From Candidatus Gallimonas intestinalis (GTDB taxonomy: Bacteria; Bacillota; Clostridia; Christensenellales; Borkfalkiaceae): 64,000 bases of DNA. Positions 19,390 through 27,009 of the stretch are shown here, in pieces; position 1 is the stretch's first letter, and each line of letters opens with the position of its first letter. The DNA lies in assembly GCA_904394655.1 (NCBI GenBank), contig CAJFNL010000003.1, positions 8,082 to 72,081 of the forward strand, written 5' to 3'. The position numbers and the translations under genes are program-made. The notes below the pieces were generated by a model. That model saw nothing but the letters and a program-made list of their open reading frames with translations, made no database searches and was not told the origin of the DNA.

Positions 19390-20451
19390 TTATCCTTTTA
19401 ATCCGGACGACATCGAAACGCCCTTTAATATCTGTTTTTGAAACGCGAGATAGATGGCAAGAAGCGGCAAAATGCTCACGATACACGAAGCCGCCACAAC
19501 GGAGTTATCAAGCGTTGATGCATTGAATTGCGTTAAAAATAATTGCAAGGTATACTCCTCCGGCCATTTTAAGTAGATGAGCGGACCTGTATAATCGTTA
19601 TAGCGCGTAACGAAATTCAGTATAAACTGCGCGAAGATTACGGGCAATCCCAGCGGAAAAACGATGGAAAAGAAAATTCTCATCTTGCCCGCCCCTTCCA
19701 CCTTCGCCGCTTCTATGAGCTCGTCGGGAATGGCAGAAAAATATTCCCGCATGAAAAATATCATCGTTACGCTTCCGAATAATCCGGGCAGAATCAACGG
19801 CCAGGGCGTTCCCGTCAGGCGCACCTCGCTGAACATGAGGTATGACGAAGTCATCAGGCTGCATCCCGGTATCATCATCGTAAAGATGAGAAAGGCAAAT
19901 ACGGTATTCCTTCCGGGGAAATACAGCTTGGAAAACGCATAAGCGCTCAACGAGGATACGAACACGCAAACGACCGTCGTCGGAAAACAGTAAAACAGCG
20001 TATTACCGAACGATTGTAAAATCGTGATCCCCATCGTATCGTCGATAAACGCGCGAGAAATGCTTTCGAACTGAAAGCCCTGCGTCGGCCACCAAGTGAA
20101 ATAAGCATCATTTGCCTCGGCAATCGTCTTTACGGAAGTAACGATCAAAACGTAAAAGGGAATCAAAAAAATCAAAGCCGTTACGATCAGCGCGAAGTAG
20201 GTCCAGAAATTCGCCTTTTTATATGCGCTGACCGCAGTCAAGTCCCATTTTTCGCCCAAAATCGTCGTGGCGATTCCCAACCCTACGCAAAGAAAAGCAA
20301 ACACGGCGGTCAACGACCAATACAGCGCTTTATACGGCGAGGGCATTACGGCGAGAATGAAACACGGAATAGCCGCAACGCCGAAAAATACCGTGGCGTT
20401 TTTTAAAATTGTTACAAGGGTTTTTTTGTGTGTAAAGGCGTTAGAATTCAT
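19390..20451 (-). CDS. carbohydrate ABC transporter permease (with extra N-terminal TM extension)
   Basis: 353 aa. EAA loop ELIEAAKVEGAGKMRIFFSIVFPLGLP. 11-nt overlap with the upstream permease gene. Confidence 0.85.
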   Translation of the reverse strand: MNSNAFTHKKTLVTILKNATVFFGVAAIPCFILAVMPSPYKALYWSLTAVFAFLCVGLGIATTILGEKWDLTAVSAYKKANFWTYFALIVTALIFLIPFYVLIVTSVKTIAEANDAYFTWWPTQGFQFESISRAFIDDTMGITILQSFGNTLFYCFPTTVVCVFVSSLSAYAFSKLYFPGRNTVFAFLIFTMMIPGCSLMTSSYLMFSEVRLTGTPWPLILPGLFGSVTMIFFMREYFSAIPDELIEAAKVEGAGKMRIFFSIVFPLGLPVIFAQFILNFVTRYNDYTGPLIYLKWPEEYTLQLFLTQFNASTLDNSVVAASCIVSILPLLAIYLAFQKQILKGVSMSSGLKG

Positions 20452-21373
20452 AATGCACCCACCTCTTGGAAAGGACTGCGGATATCCTCGTCAATATTAG
20501 AATGAAAAACACAAGAATCCAGCTCGCGGCGGCTGAAATGCCGAACCCGTAACGATTCGGGAAGGTAAACGCCATATCGTAAATAAGTAAAACGGGCGTA
20601 AGATGGGCGCCGTCAAGCGCGTTATTGCCGTTTACTGCTGCTAAAACTTGCACCTCTCCCATCGTCTGTAAGGCACCAATCGTGCATACGGTCAGAAGAT
20701 AATAAGTGATCGGGCTAATCGCGGGTAACGTGATTTTACGGAACGCCGTACCCGCGCTTCCGCCGTCCAGATAGCACGCTTCGTATAAATTAACGTCTAC
20801 GTTTGCCATCGCCGCAGAAAACAAAATCACGCAAAAACCGACGTTCTTCCACGTTTGCATGAACATAGCCGACCACATAAAGGTTTGCGGCGTGGTGATC
20901 CATCCGATTTTCTCGATTCCCAAATTCCTGAGAACGGTATTAAAAATGCCGTAATTGGTTTCATACATCATCTGGAACATCAAAACGACGGCAACGAGCG
21001 AACAGACATACGGAATAAAATAGACCAAACGGAAAAACTTTTTGCCTTTTACGTCGGTATTCAGAATGTAGGATATTCCGATTCCAAGCATCATAGAAAG
21101 CGGAACGTTGAGCCAAAAAATAAATACATTCAAAAAGGATCGATAAAATCTTGCCGCATGTTCACCGAATAAAATAGTATGATAGTTTGCGAAGCCTATC
21201 CAAGAGCCTTCGTTAAGCAACGGGGATTTTAAGTCCAAAAAGCTCATGTATCCGCTCAAAAACATCGGAATCAGCGTAAACAGAAGAAACCCGACGACGG
21301 GAATACAAGCCAGCAAACAATTCTGCAAATAATCGATGTACTTCCTGCGCCGACCTTTTTTCACAGTTAACAT
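20441..21373 (-). CDS. carbohydrate ABC transporter permease
   Basis: Start moved to ATG 21373-21371 (MLTVKKG), with AAGGAGG 5 nt upstream. EAA-type loop YEACYLDGGSAGTAFRKITLPAISP. Confidence 0.85.
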   Translation of the reverse strand: MLTVKKGRRRKYIDYLQNCLLACIPVVGFLLFTLIPMFLSGYMSFLDLKSPLLNEGSWIGFANYHTILFGEHAARFYRSFLNVFIFWLNVPLSMMLGIGISYILNTDVKGKKFFRLVYFIPYVCSLVAVVLMFQMMYETNYGIFNTVLRNLGIEKIGWITTPQTFMWSAMFMQTWKNVGFCVILFSAAMANVDVNLYEACYLDGGSAGTAFRKITLPAISPITYYLLTVCTIGALQTMGEVQVLAAVNGNNALDGAHLTPVLLIYDMAFTFPNRYGFGISAAASWILVFFILILTRISAVLSKRWVHYEF

Positions 21374-21550
21374 AAACACCTCCTTATGTTTTCATTATAG
21401 TCTCGCCTTTCAACAAAATAAATTCATAATTTACAATAAAACATAGATTTTTTTGGCAATATCACAAGGAATGATTATTTAATATTACTTTCCCCTTATT
21501 TGTTTTTGAAAATTCCACTCCCAGTTAATTGTCCGATAACGCAAGCACCT

Positions 21551-21579
21551 TTCAACAAGTTTTGAATAACGGTTATAAT
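21551..21579 (+). promoter_or_regulatory. orphan promoter-like element
   Basis: TTCAAC, 17-nt spacer, TATAAT (21574-21579). There is no protein gene downstream before the inverted repeat. Confidence 0.3.
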
Positions 21580-21663
21580 GCCGTTTTTAGATTACTGCTT
21601 TAATATGAAAAATGCCGCCCCCTCTCGAGGACGACATCACTATTTCATGCGGCTCTCGATATT

Positions 21664-21758
21664 GCTACATATCACCATTTCTCATAAAGGGAAATTGAGA
21701 GCTCACACTACAAGGCGTAGTATGTCCCTTTATGAGTTTATTATTGGTAATATGTAGC
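21664..21758. repeat. bipartite inverted repeat (13 bp with 1 mismatch + 12 bp perfect) around a 32-nt loop
   Basis: GCTACATATCACC (21664-21676) pairs with GGTAATATGTAGC (21746-21758). CTCATAAAGGGA (21681-21692) pairs with TCCCTTTATGAG (21725-21736). Followed by CTTTTTATT. Confidence 0.85.
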
Positions 21759-21772
21759 CTTTTTATTGTATC

Positions 21773-22072
21773 ATGTTTGTATTATCGCAACCAACTTCTG
21801 CCATGATAGATTTACTTGTGCAGAAAGTAACTTTGAAAAACGATACAATTGACTTGTATATCAAATATACCAACGACTCCCCGCCCGATAACGGTCCGAA
21901 ACGCGGACGTCCGAAAAGAAGCGAGAACCCCGAACGGATTTTATCCGATCGGGGCTTTCTTTTTATGAAATATACCTATACTAACGAAGCAAGTGTAGGC
22001 GGCCGAATTCCATTCACACCAAAAGAACGGAAAACGAAAAAACGGTCAATTCAAGTGCAAATCTATATTTAG
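21773..22072 (+). pseudogene. probable 3' relic of a large serine recombinase gene
   Basis: IDLLVQKVTLKNDTIDLYIKYTNDSPPD resembles the conserved C-terminal tail of large serine recombinases (hydrophobic-x-K-hydrophobic ... D ... I-x-I-x-F/Y-x-Y). No catalytic N-terminal part is present. An intrinsic terminator sits inside the ORF, and the surrounding DNA is AT-rich. Confidence 0.3.
21928..21964 (+). terminator. intrinsic terminator
   Basis: CCCCGAACGGAT-ttt-ATCCGATCGGGG (12-bp stem, 1 mismatch) followed by CTTTCTTTTT. Confidence 0.6.
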
Positions 22073-22155
22073 CTCATCATTACCACTATATATTGTGTTT
22101 ATATCCAGATTTTTACTATTTTACCACAATTTAAGTGTTCTACTGGGGGTTCAGT

Positions 22156-22164
22156 CCCCCCCCC
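22156..22164. repeat. homopolymeric C9 tract (preceded by G5 at 22145-22149)
   Basis: Counted directly: tactGGGGGttcagtCCCCCCCCCatttta. It lies 6 nt upstream of a TATAAT (22171-22176) that precedes the DUF975 gene. Confidence 0.95.
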
Positions 22165-22235
22165 ATTTTATATAATGACTTTGCTGTGTTTGTTAAAAAA
22201 CAAAAACAACGAGACAGACACAAAAGGAGAATTAC

Positions 22236-22925
22236 ATGAGTATCGGAGAGTTGAAGCAAAAGTCCAAGATGGACATGAAGAACAATTACGGCTTCGCCAT
22301 TCTGGCGACCATCCTGTTGAACCTTGTCCTGCTCGGTTCGCTCACGCTGGGACTTGGACTCGGGCTCCTGTTCACCCTCGGGGCCGTACAGTGCTGCTAT
22401 GCCGCCTATTATGTGGATATTGCAAATCACACATCGCAGGGAGTCAATTCCATCTACCGCGGTTTCCGTCAGTTTGCGCGCGCTCTGCTCGCTTACATCA
22501 TTCTGTTTGCGATCACGCTCGCCGTCCTGCTTGCCGCGGCAATTGTCTCTGTCATTGTTCTGGCGGTCACCCACGCAGATTTCAGCATGACCGGCACCAT
22601 CATGGTGATCTTTGCAATCATCGGTCTTATCGCCGCCGCACTCATTCTTGTGCGCTATTCCTTCACGTTCTATATCATGAATCACGAAGTCGATCTCCCC
22701 GCCACGCAGTGTCTGAAAAAGTCCTGGCAGATGACCAAGGGTTTGTTCTGGAAGATCGTTTTCTTTCACCTCAGCTTTATCGGCTGGTTCCTGCTTGTTG
22801 TCATCACCCTCGGCGCCATGAGCCTCTACGTCTCCCCCTACTACCAGACAGCAAAGGCAAACTTCTATCTTTCACTTTGCGATAAGAAGACCGCCCTTCC
22901 CGAAACGCAAAGCGCACAGGCGTGA
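22236..22925 (+). CDS. DUF975-like integral membrane protein
   Basis: 229 aa. AAAGGAGA RBS. N-terminus MSIGELKQKSKMDMKNNYGFAILATILLNLV and a 5-6 TM layout typical of DUF975. Assigned from memory of the family pattern only. Confidence 0.6.
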   Translation: MSIGELKQKSKMDMKNNYGFAILATILLNLVLLGSLTLGLGLGLLFTLGAVQCCYAAYYVDIANHTSQGVNSIYRGFRQFARALLAYIILFAITLAVLLAAAIVSVIVLAVTHADFSMTGTIMVIFAIIGLIAAALILVRYSFTFYIMNHEVDLPATQCLKKSWQMTKGLFWKIVFFHLSFIGWFLLVVITLGAMSLYVSPYYQTAKANFYLSLCDKKTALPETQSAQA

Positions 22926-22973
22926 CAGCGTGACAAGGCGCTCACTTCGCCTTTGAATACAAAATTGAATTGC

Positions 22974-23009
22974 AAGCGGCTCCGCGCATACGCGGAGCCG
23001 CTTATTTTG
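22974..23009 (+). terminator. intrinsic terminator between convergent genes
   Basis: AAGCGGCTCCGCG-cata-CGCGGAGCCGCTT followed by ATTTTG. Confidence 0.7.
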
Positions 23010-23113
23010 CTTTCTTCAAAAATACCAACGTGCGACATTCCAAGGCAAAGACAAAAATGCAACCAATATACTTTTATCTCTTCCTGCGGTACAGGAAACG
23101 TCGACGCTCCGCT

Positions 23114-23467
23114 TTACTCCCCTTTTTCGCCGCACTCCGTCTCGGGACCATCCGCACAGGCATCCCCGCCGCACTGCGCCGAAGGGACATCCGCACAGGA
23201 ATCACCGACACACTTTGCCGCGGAACTGTTCGGGCAAGCTCCTTCACCGAAATTTATCTCATTTGCGCGCATATGCGCTCCCCGCCCGCGTCCTTTTTGA
23301 GAAGTCTGCTTCCATACCGTAAGGCAATACGTCTCTCCGCCCGCAAAGCGTATTCTGAGTTCGTCCCCCGCCTTTCGGATGCTCGCAACAAAATAATCTT
23401 TGAGAATCACCCGAATCTCCTCCAATAGCAGCTCCTCAGAAACAGGAATCTGCTTTTCTTTTGACAT
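23114..23467 (-). CDS. hypothetical small protein with acidic Cys-rich repeat tail
   Basis: 117 aa. GGGAGG RBS 5 nt upstream. The N-terminal ~55 aa look globular. The tail is CVGDSCADVPSAQ / CGGDACADGPETE / CGEKGE. Confidence 0.55.
   Translation of the reverse strand: MSKEKQIPVSEELLLEEIRVILKDYFVASIRKAGDELRIRFAGGETYCLTVWKQTSQKGRGRGAHMRANEINFGEGACPNSSAAKCVGDSCADVPSAQCGGDACADGPETECGEKGE
23144..23221 (-). repeat. two 39-nt in-frame tandem repeats encoding the C-x-GD-x-CAD-x-P motif
   Basis: The core ATCCGCACAGG recurs at 23150-23160 and 23189-23199, a period of 39 nt. Confidence 0.7.
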
Positions 23468-23487
23468 AACAACCTCCCATTTTTAAC

Positions 23488-23532
23488 GTTACAAACTTTA
23501 TTCTGCCCTCATTATACAGTTACAGACTTTAT
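23488..23532. promoter_or_regulatory. direct repeats, candidate operator in the divergent XRE / small-protein control region
   Basis: GTTACAAACTTTAT (23488-23501) and GTTACAGACTTTAT (23519-23532) are 13/14 identical with a 31-bp period. The second copy overlaps TATAAT 23530-23535. Confidence 0.35.
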
Positions 23533-23556
23533 AATGTCAAGAAAAATGGGGGCACT

Positions 23557-23760
23557 ATGGAAGAACTTTATAATCTTGCAGGAAATTTGAAAAGGCTTCG
23601 CGAAAAATATCACTATACACAACAATTTGTTGCAGAAAGTATCGGCATCAGCTGTCAATCCTATCAGGCATATGAATGGGGCATAACCGTTCCGAAGCTG
23701 AAATATTTTATTAAGTTGGCAAAATTTTATGATGTTTCCTTGGATGAATTGATCAAATAA
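23557..23760 (+). CDS. XRE family (HTH_3) transcriptional regulator
   Basis: 67 aa. NLKRLREKYHYTQQFVAESIGISCQSYQAYEWG...LIKLAKFYDVSLDELI is a classic Cro/C1-type HTH. Confidence 0.85.
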   Translation: MEELYNLAGNLKRLREKYHYTQQFVAESIGISCQSYQAYEWGITVPKLKYFIKLAKFYDVSLDELIK

Positions 23761-23766
23761 AAAAAC

Positions 23767-23810
23767 GCCGCCCGCCGTCAGATGACGGCGGGCGGCATAT
23801 TTTCTTTTAA
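23767..23810. terminator. bidirectional intrinsic terminator (XRE / glyA)
   Basis: aaaaaaac-GCCGCCCGCCGTC-agat-GACGGCGGGCGGC-atattttctttt. Confidence 0.75.
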
Positions 23811-23869
23811 ATCTTCGTGAAACGGACTTTCTGCCGACGGCGCGATCCCCGCGCGAAAGAAGTCCGATC

Positions 23870-25120
23870 TCAAAGAATGTCGTTTGCGTAGATGGGGAAT
23901 TTTTCGCAGAGCGCGGCGACCTTATCGGAAACATCCGCAATGGCTTCCTCGCGTCCTTGGATGACTTCCGTGACAAGATCGGCGATCTGCGTTGCCTCCG
24001 CCTCTTTCATTCCGCGGGACGTGATGGCAGGCGTTCCGATACGCACACCGCTCGTAATAAAAGGCGACGTCGTCTCAAAGGGAATGGTGTTCTTATTTGC
24101 CGTGATGTGTGCGCGGTCAAGCAGCGCCTCCAGCTCCTTGCCCGTCATGTCGTCCTTCCGAAGATCAACGAGCATGAGGTGGTTGTCCGTGCCGCCCGAA
24201 ACGAGACGCACGCCGTTCTGCATGAAGCGGTCTGCCATTGCTGCCGCATTCTTGACGATCTGCTGCTGATAGAGCTTGAACGCGGGCGAGAGCGCCTCTT
24301 TGAAGGCAACCGCCTTTGCCGCGATAACGTGCATCAGAGGTCCGCCCTGCGTGCCTGGGAACACCGCCTTATCGATCGCCTTGGCGTACTGCTCCTTGCA
24401 CATGATGACGCCGCCGCGCGGACCGCGCAATGTCTTGTGCGTCGTGGTCGTCACAAAATCTGCAACGGGAACGGGATTGGGATGCAGTCCTGCCGCAACA
24501 AGCCCCGCAATGTGCGCAATGTCCACCATCATGAGCGCACCCACCTTGTCGCAGATCGCGCGGATGCGCGCAAAATCAAGGATACGCGGATAGGCACTTG
24601 CACCCGCGACGATCATCTTCGGCTTGCACTCGAGAGCGATCTTCTCCATCTCGTCATAGTCGATGGTCTCCGTCTCCTTGGATACACCGTAAGGTACAAT
24701 GTTGAAAAACGTCCCCGAGAAATTGACGGGCGAGCCGTGCGTCAGGTGACCGCCGTGCGAAAGGTTCATGCCCATGACGGTATCGCCCGGCTTGAGCATG
24801 GCAAAATAGACCGCGAAGTTTGCCTGTGCGCCCGAATGCGGCTGAACATTGGCGTGCTCGCAGCCGAACAGCTCCTTGAGACGGTCGCGCGCAAGATTTT
24901 CCACAATATCGACATACTCACAGCCGCCGTAATACCGCTTTCCGGGATATCCCTCCGCGTATTTATTGGTGAGATGACTCCCCATCGCCGCCATGACTGC
25001 GGGCGAGACAATGTTCTCACTGGCAATGAGTTCCAGATTGCCGCGCTGACGCGAGAGCTCCTGCTCCATCGCTTTGCATACTTCGGGATCAGCCTTTCTG
25101 ACAGTTGTAAGATCGATCAT
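23870..25120 (-). CDS. glyA: serine hydroxymethyltransferase
   Basis: 416 aa. [13 protein letters not shown] and the PLP-lysine motif [14 protein letters not shown]. Confidence 0.95.
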   Translation of the reverse strand: MIDLTTVRKADPEVCKAMEQELSRQRGNLELIASENIVSPAVMAAMGSHLTNKYAEGYPGKRYYGGCEYVDIVENLARDRLKELFGCEHANVQPHSGAQANFAVYFAMLKPGDTVMGMNLSHGGHLTHGSPVNFSGTFFNIVPYGVSKETETIDYDEMEKIALECKPKMIVAGASAYPRILDFARIRAICDKVGALMMVDIAHIAGLVAAGLHPNPVPVADFVTTTTHKTLRGPRGGVIMCKEQYAKAIDKAVFPGTQGGPLMHVIAAKAVAFKEALSPAFKLYQQQIVKNAAAMADRFMQNGVRLVSGGTDNHLMLVDLRKDDMTGKELEALLDRAHITANKNTIPFETTSPFITSGVRIGTPAITSRGMKEAEATQIADLVTEVIQGREEAIADVSDKVAALCEKFPIYANDIL

Positions 25121-25152
25121 GTGATTACCGTCCTCATATAATTTTCCGTATC

Positions 25153-25181
25153 ATTATAACAGAATCCATTCAAAATAGCAA
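25153..25181 (-). promoter_or_regulatory. sigma-A type promoter of glyA
   Basis: Minus strand: TTGCTA, 17-nt spacer, TATAAT, ~32 nt before the ATG. The leader is too short for a riboswitch. Confidence 0.55.
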
Positions 25182-25208
25182 GAACATCGCAAGACTTTTC
25201 ATGAGAAT

Positions 25209-25241
25209 CCGCCGCCCGACGCCTGTGGCGTCGGGCGGCGG
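25209..25241. terminator. 15-bp GC-rich hairpin downstream of the vWA gene (no clear U-tract)
   Basis: CCGCCGCCCGACGCC-tgt-GGCGTCGGGCGGCGG. Confidence 0.45.
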
Positions 25242-25288
25242 TCGAACGATCCTTTCATGCGTTGTCTATTCCATAGCCAAGGCAAATT

Positions 25289-26899
25289 TTACTCCGTGCT
25301 CTCCCCTTCCGACACGCCGTCAGATACTTCGGAAGGCTCCTTTGGCGTCTCCTCGGAAGGTTGTTCCTGCACCTCTTCGGGGAGTTCGGCTGGTCCGTAA
25401 TTGTAGTATCCGCTCGCCTTTGCTACGGCAGCCAGCTCGGCGAACTCCGACTTATAGACATCTTGCGCAAGATATGCGCTCATCCCCTCAAGGCGCGCGA
25501 GCACATTTTCAAGCGATGCGTTGCCGCGATATGCCGACGCACGAAGGACAAGTGCAAATTCCGCGACGCAGGCGGCAAACTGCACGTCCTGCGTCGCCGT
25601 CTCCTGTCCTGTAACGGTGAGCGTGACTTCGCAATCTTCGCCCGCTTCATTCTTATAACGCACCGCCGCTTCGGCAAGCGCGGCATCCGTGTCCGCATCC
25701 GAAAGCTCGATCTCGTACATGGCGGTCACGCAGAGGTTGCTGCCGATCTCGCCCGCGTCCTTTTCCGTATTGTTGAAGTCTTCCTCGGACATGGTCTTCA
25801 TGTCGTAGCCCAAAAGGCGATAGGAAGATACCGCATCGGCATTGAAGGTAACGCCCGCCTTTGCGTCCTTTGCGACAGTATACAGCGTCCCCGCGACTTC
25901 TTCAACGAACACCTTCTGCGCTTCGAGCGGCGTGTCGATGTAGCAATAGTTGCCGTTCCCGTTGAGCGCGAGCGTCTGCATGAAGTCGTCACGGAGATTC
26001 CCCATGCCGACCCCCACGACAGAGAGCGCAATTCCGCTCTTTGCCTTCTCCTGAATGAATTCCTTAAGGTCGTCCTGATTGGAAATGCCGACGTTGAAAT
26101 CGCCGTCCGAAAGAATGATGATGCGGTTATTTCCGTTCTCGGCACGGTGCGCCTCCGCTTGTTCATAGGCACGCTGCAAGCCGTCCGAACCGTTGGTAGA
26201 GCCGTAAGAAGAGAGTTTGTTGATCGCATTTCGGATGGCGGGCTTGTTCTCCTCCGTTGCCGCCGTGCTTTCAAGAACCGTCTTGACTCCGCTTGCATAG
26301 GTCACGATGGACACGCGGTCCTGTGCGCCCAATGTATCAAGAAGTTTGTTCGCGCCGTACTTGACGAGATCGAGTCGGCTCTGCCCCTCCGTGCCTGCGA
26401 GAGTTCCGCCCATTGAGCCAGAAACGTCCACCAAAAGGACGTAGTTCGCGTCCCCCGTTCTCACGGCCTCTTCGGTCTTAATGCCGACCGTCATGAGTTT
26501 GTGCTCCGCGTTCCAAGGACAATCGGAAAGATACGCCGAAACAGCTACCGCCTCGCCAGCTTCGGGCGCGGGATAGTCATAGTCAAAATAGTTGACGAGC
26601 TCTTCCAGCCGTACCGACTCGGGCGAAATCTTCACGCCCTGCCGAAGCTGCGTTCTTACAAGCGAGTACCCCGCCGTATTCCGATCCAGCGAAAAATAGG
26701 ACGAAGGCGCCGTCTCGGTATCGGAAAATCCCTGTTCCACGACCGTATCATACAGATAATTTTCCCCGTCCGAAAAGAGCGGATAACTCTCCCCCGCAGG
26801 ATATAAACCACTGTCCGCAAACTTCATGCCGCCCGAGCATCCGCACAGCAGTGCGGCCGCCGCACAGGAACATACAAACGCCGTGATCTGTTTTTTCAT
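25289..26899 (-). CDS. YfbK-type von Willebrand factor A lipoprotein (vWA N-terminal domain + vWA + DUF3520-like)
   Basis: Start moved to MKKQITAFVCSCAAAALLCGCSGG (GGAAAGGAGGG RBS, lipobox LLCGC). VRLEELVNYFDYDYPAP is typical of the vWA N-terminal domain. MIDAS motif LLVDVSGSMGG. Confidence 0.85.
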   Translation of the reverse strand: MKKQITAFVCSCAAAALLCGCSGGMKFADSGLYPAGESYPLFSDGENYLYDTVVEQGFSDTETAPSSYFSLDRNTAGYSLVRTQLRQGVKISPESVRLEELVNYFDYDYPAPEAGEAVAVSAYLSDCPWNAEHKLMTVGIKTEEAVRTGDANYVLLVDVSGSMGGTLAGTEGQSRLDLVKYGANKLLDTLGAQDRVSIVTYASGVKTVLESTAATEENKPAIRNAINKLSSYGSTNGSDGLQRAYEQAEAHRAENGNNRIIILSDGDFNVGISNQDDLKEFIQEKAKSGIALSVVGVGMGNLRDDFMQTLALNGNGNYCYIDTPLEAQKVFVEEVAGTLYTVAKDAKAGVTFNADAVSSYRLLGYDMKTMSEEDFNNTEKDAGEIGSNLCVTAMYEIELSDADTDAALAEAAVRYKNEAGEDCEVTLTVTGQETATQDVQFAACVAEFALVLRASAYRGNASLENVLARLEGMSAYLAQDVYKSEFAELAAVAKASGYYNYGPAELPEEVQEQPSEETPKEPSEVSDGVSEGESTE

Positions 26900-27009
26900 C
26901 TTTTCCCTCCTTTCCGCCATTCGGCGGGATGCTCTTTTGCATCCTTTTCACCTCTACAACGTTCGCGCTGTCCCCGCTGTCCCGCATTTTCTAAAATTTT
27001 CCAAAAAAA

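Noticed and set aside
17606-19486. N-terminal extensions in ORF-track calls: the SBP 17606-19486, trmFO 37539-38966, hisS 34240-35547, the vWA gene 25289-26920, the ferritin-like gene 53811-55118, luxS 55865, mnmG 51321, GH36 to 9472, the TIM barrel to 7298, and GH43 to 4372.
   Set aside because: In most cases an internal ATG is preceded by a clear AGGAGG-like RBS. In all cases it restores the canonical family N-terminus (signal peptide, GxGxxG fold, and so on). For mnmG the start rests on the canonical N-terminus alone, because its RBS is weak. The upstream extensions overlap neighbouring genes or lack RBSs, so the shorter coordinates were used.
21605-21691. 28-codon ORF (MKNAAPSRGRHHYFMRLSILLHITISHK) inside the candidate sRNA region.
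   Set aside because: There is no RBS, the composition is arbitrary, and it runs into the inverted-repeat arm. It is more likely non-coding.
22140-22769. 209-aa minus-strand ORF and two plus-strand alternative-frame ORFs (22175-22885, 22324-22590) over the DUF975 gene.
   Set aside because: The frame starting at 22236 has an AAAGGAGA RBS and a coherent multi-TM protein. The others are charged low-complexity translations without start signals.
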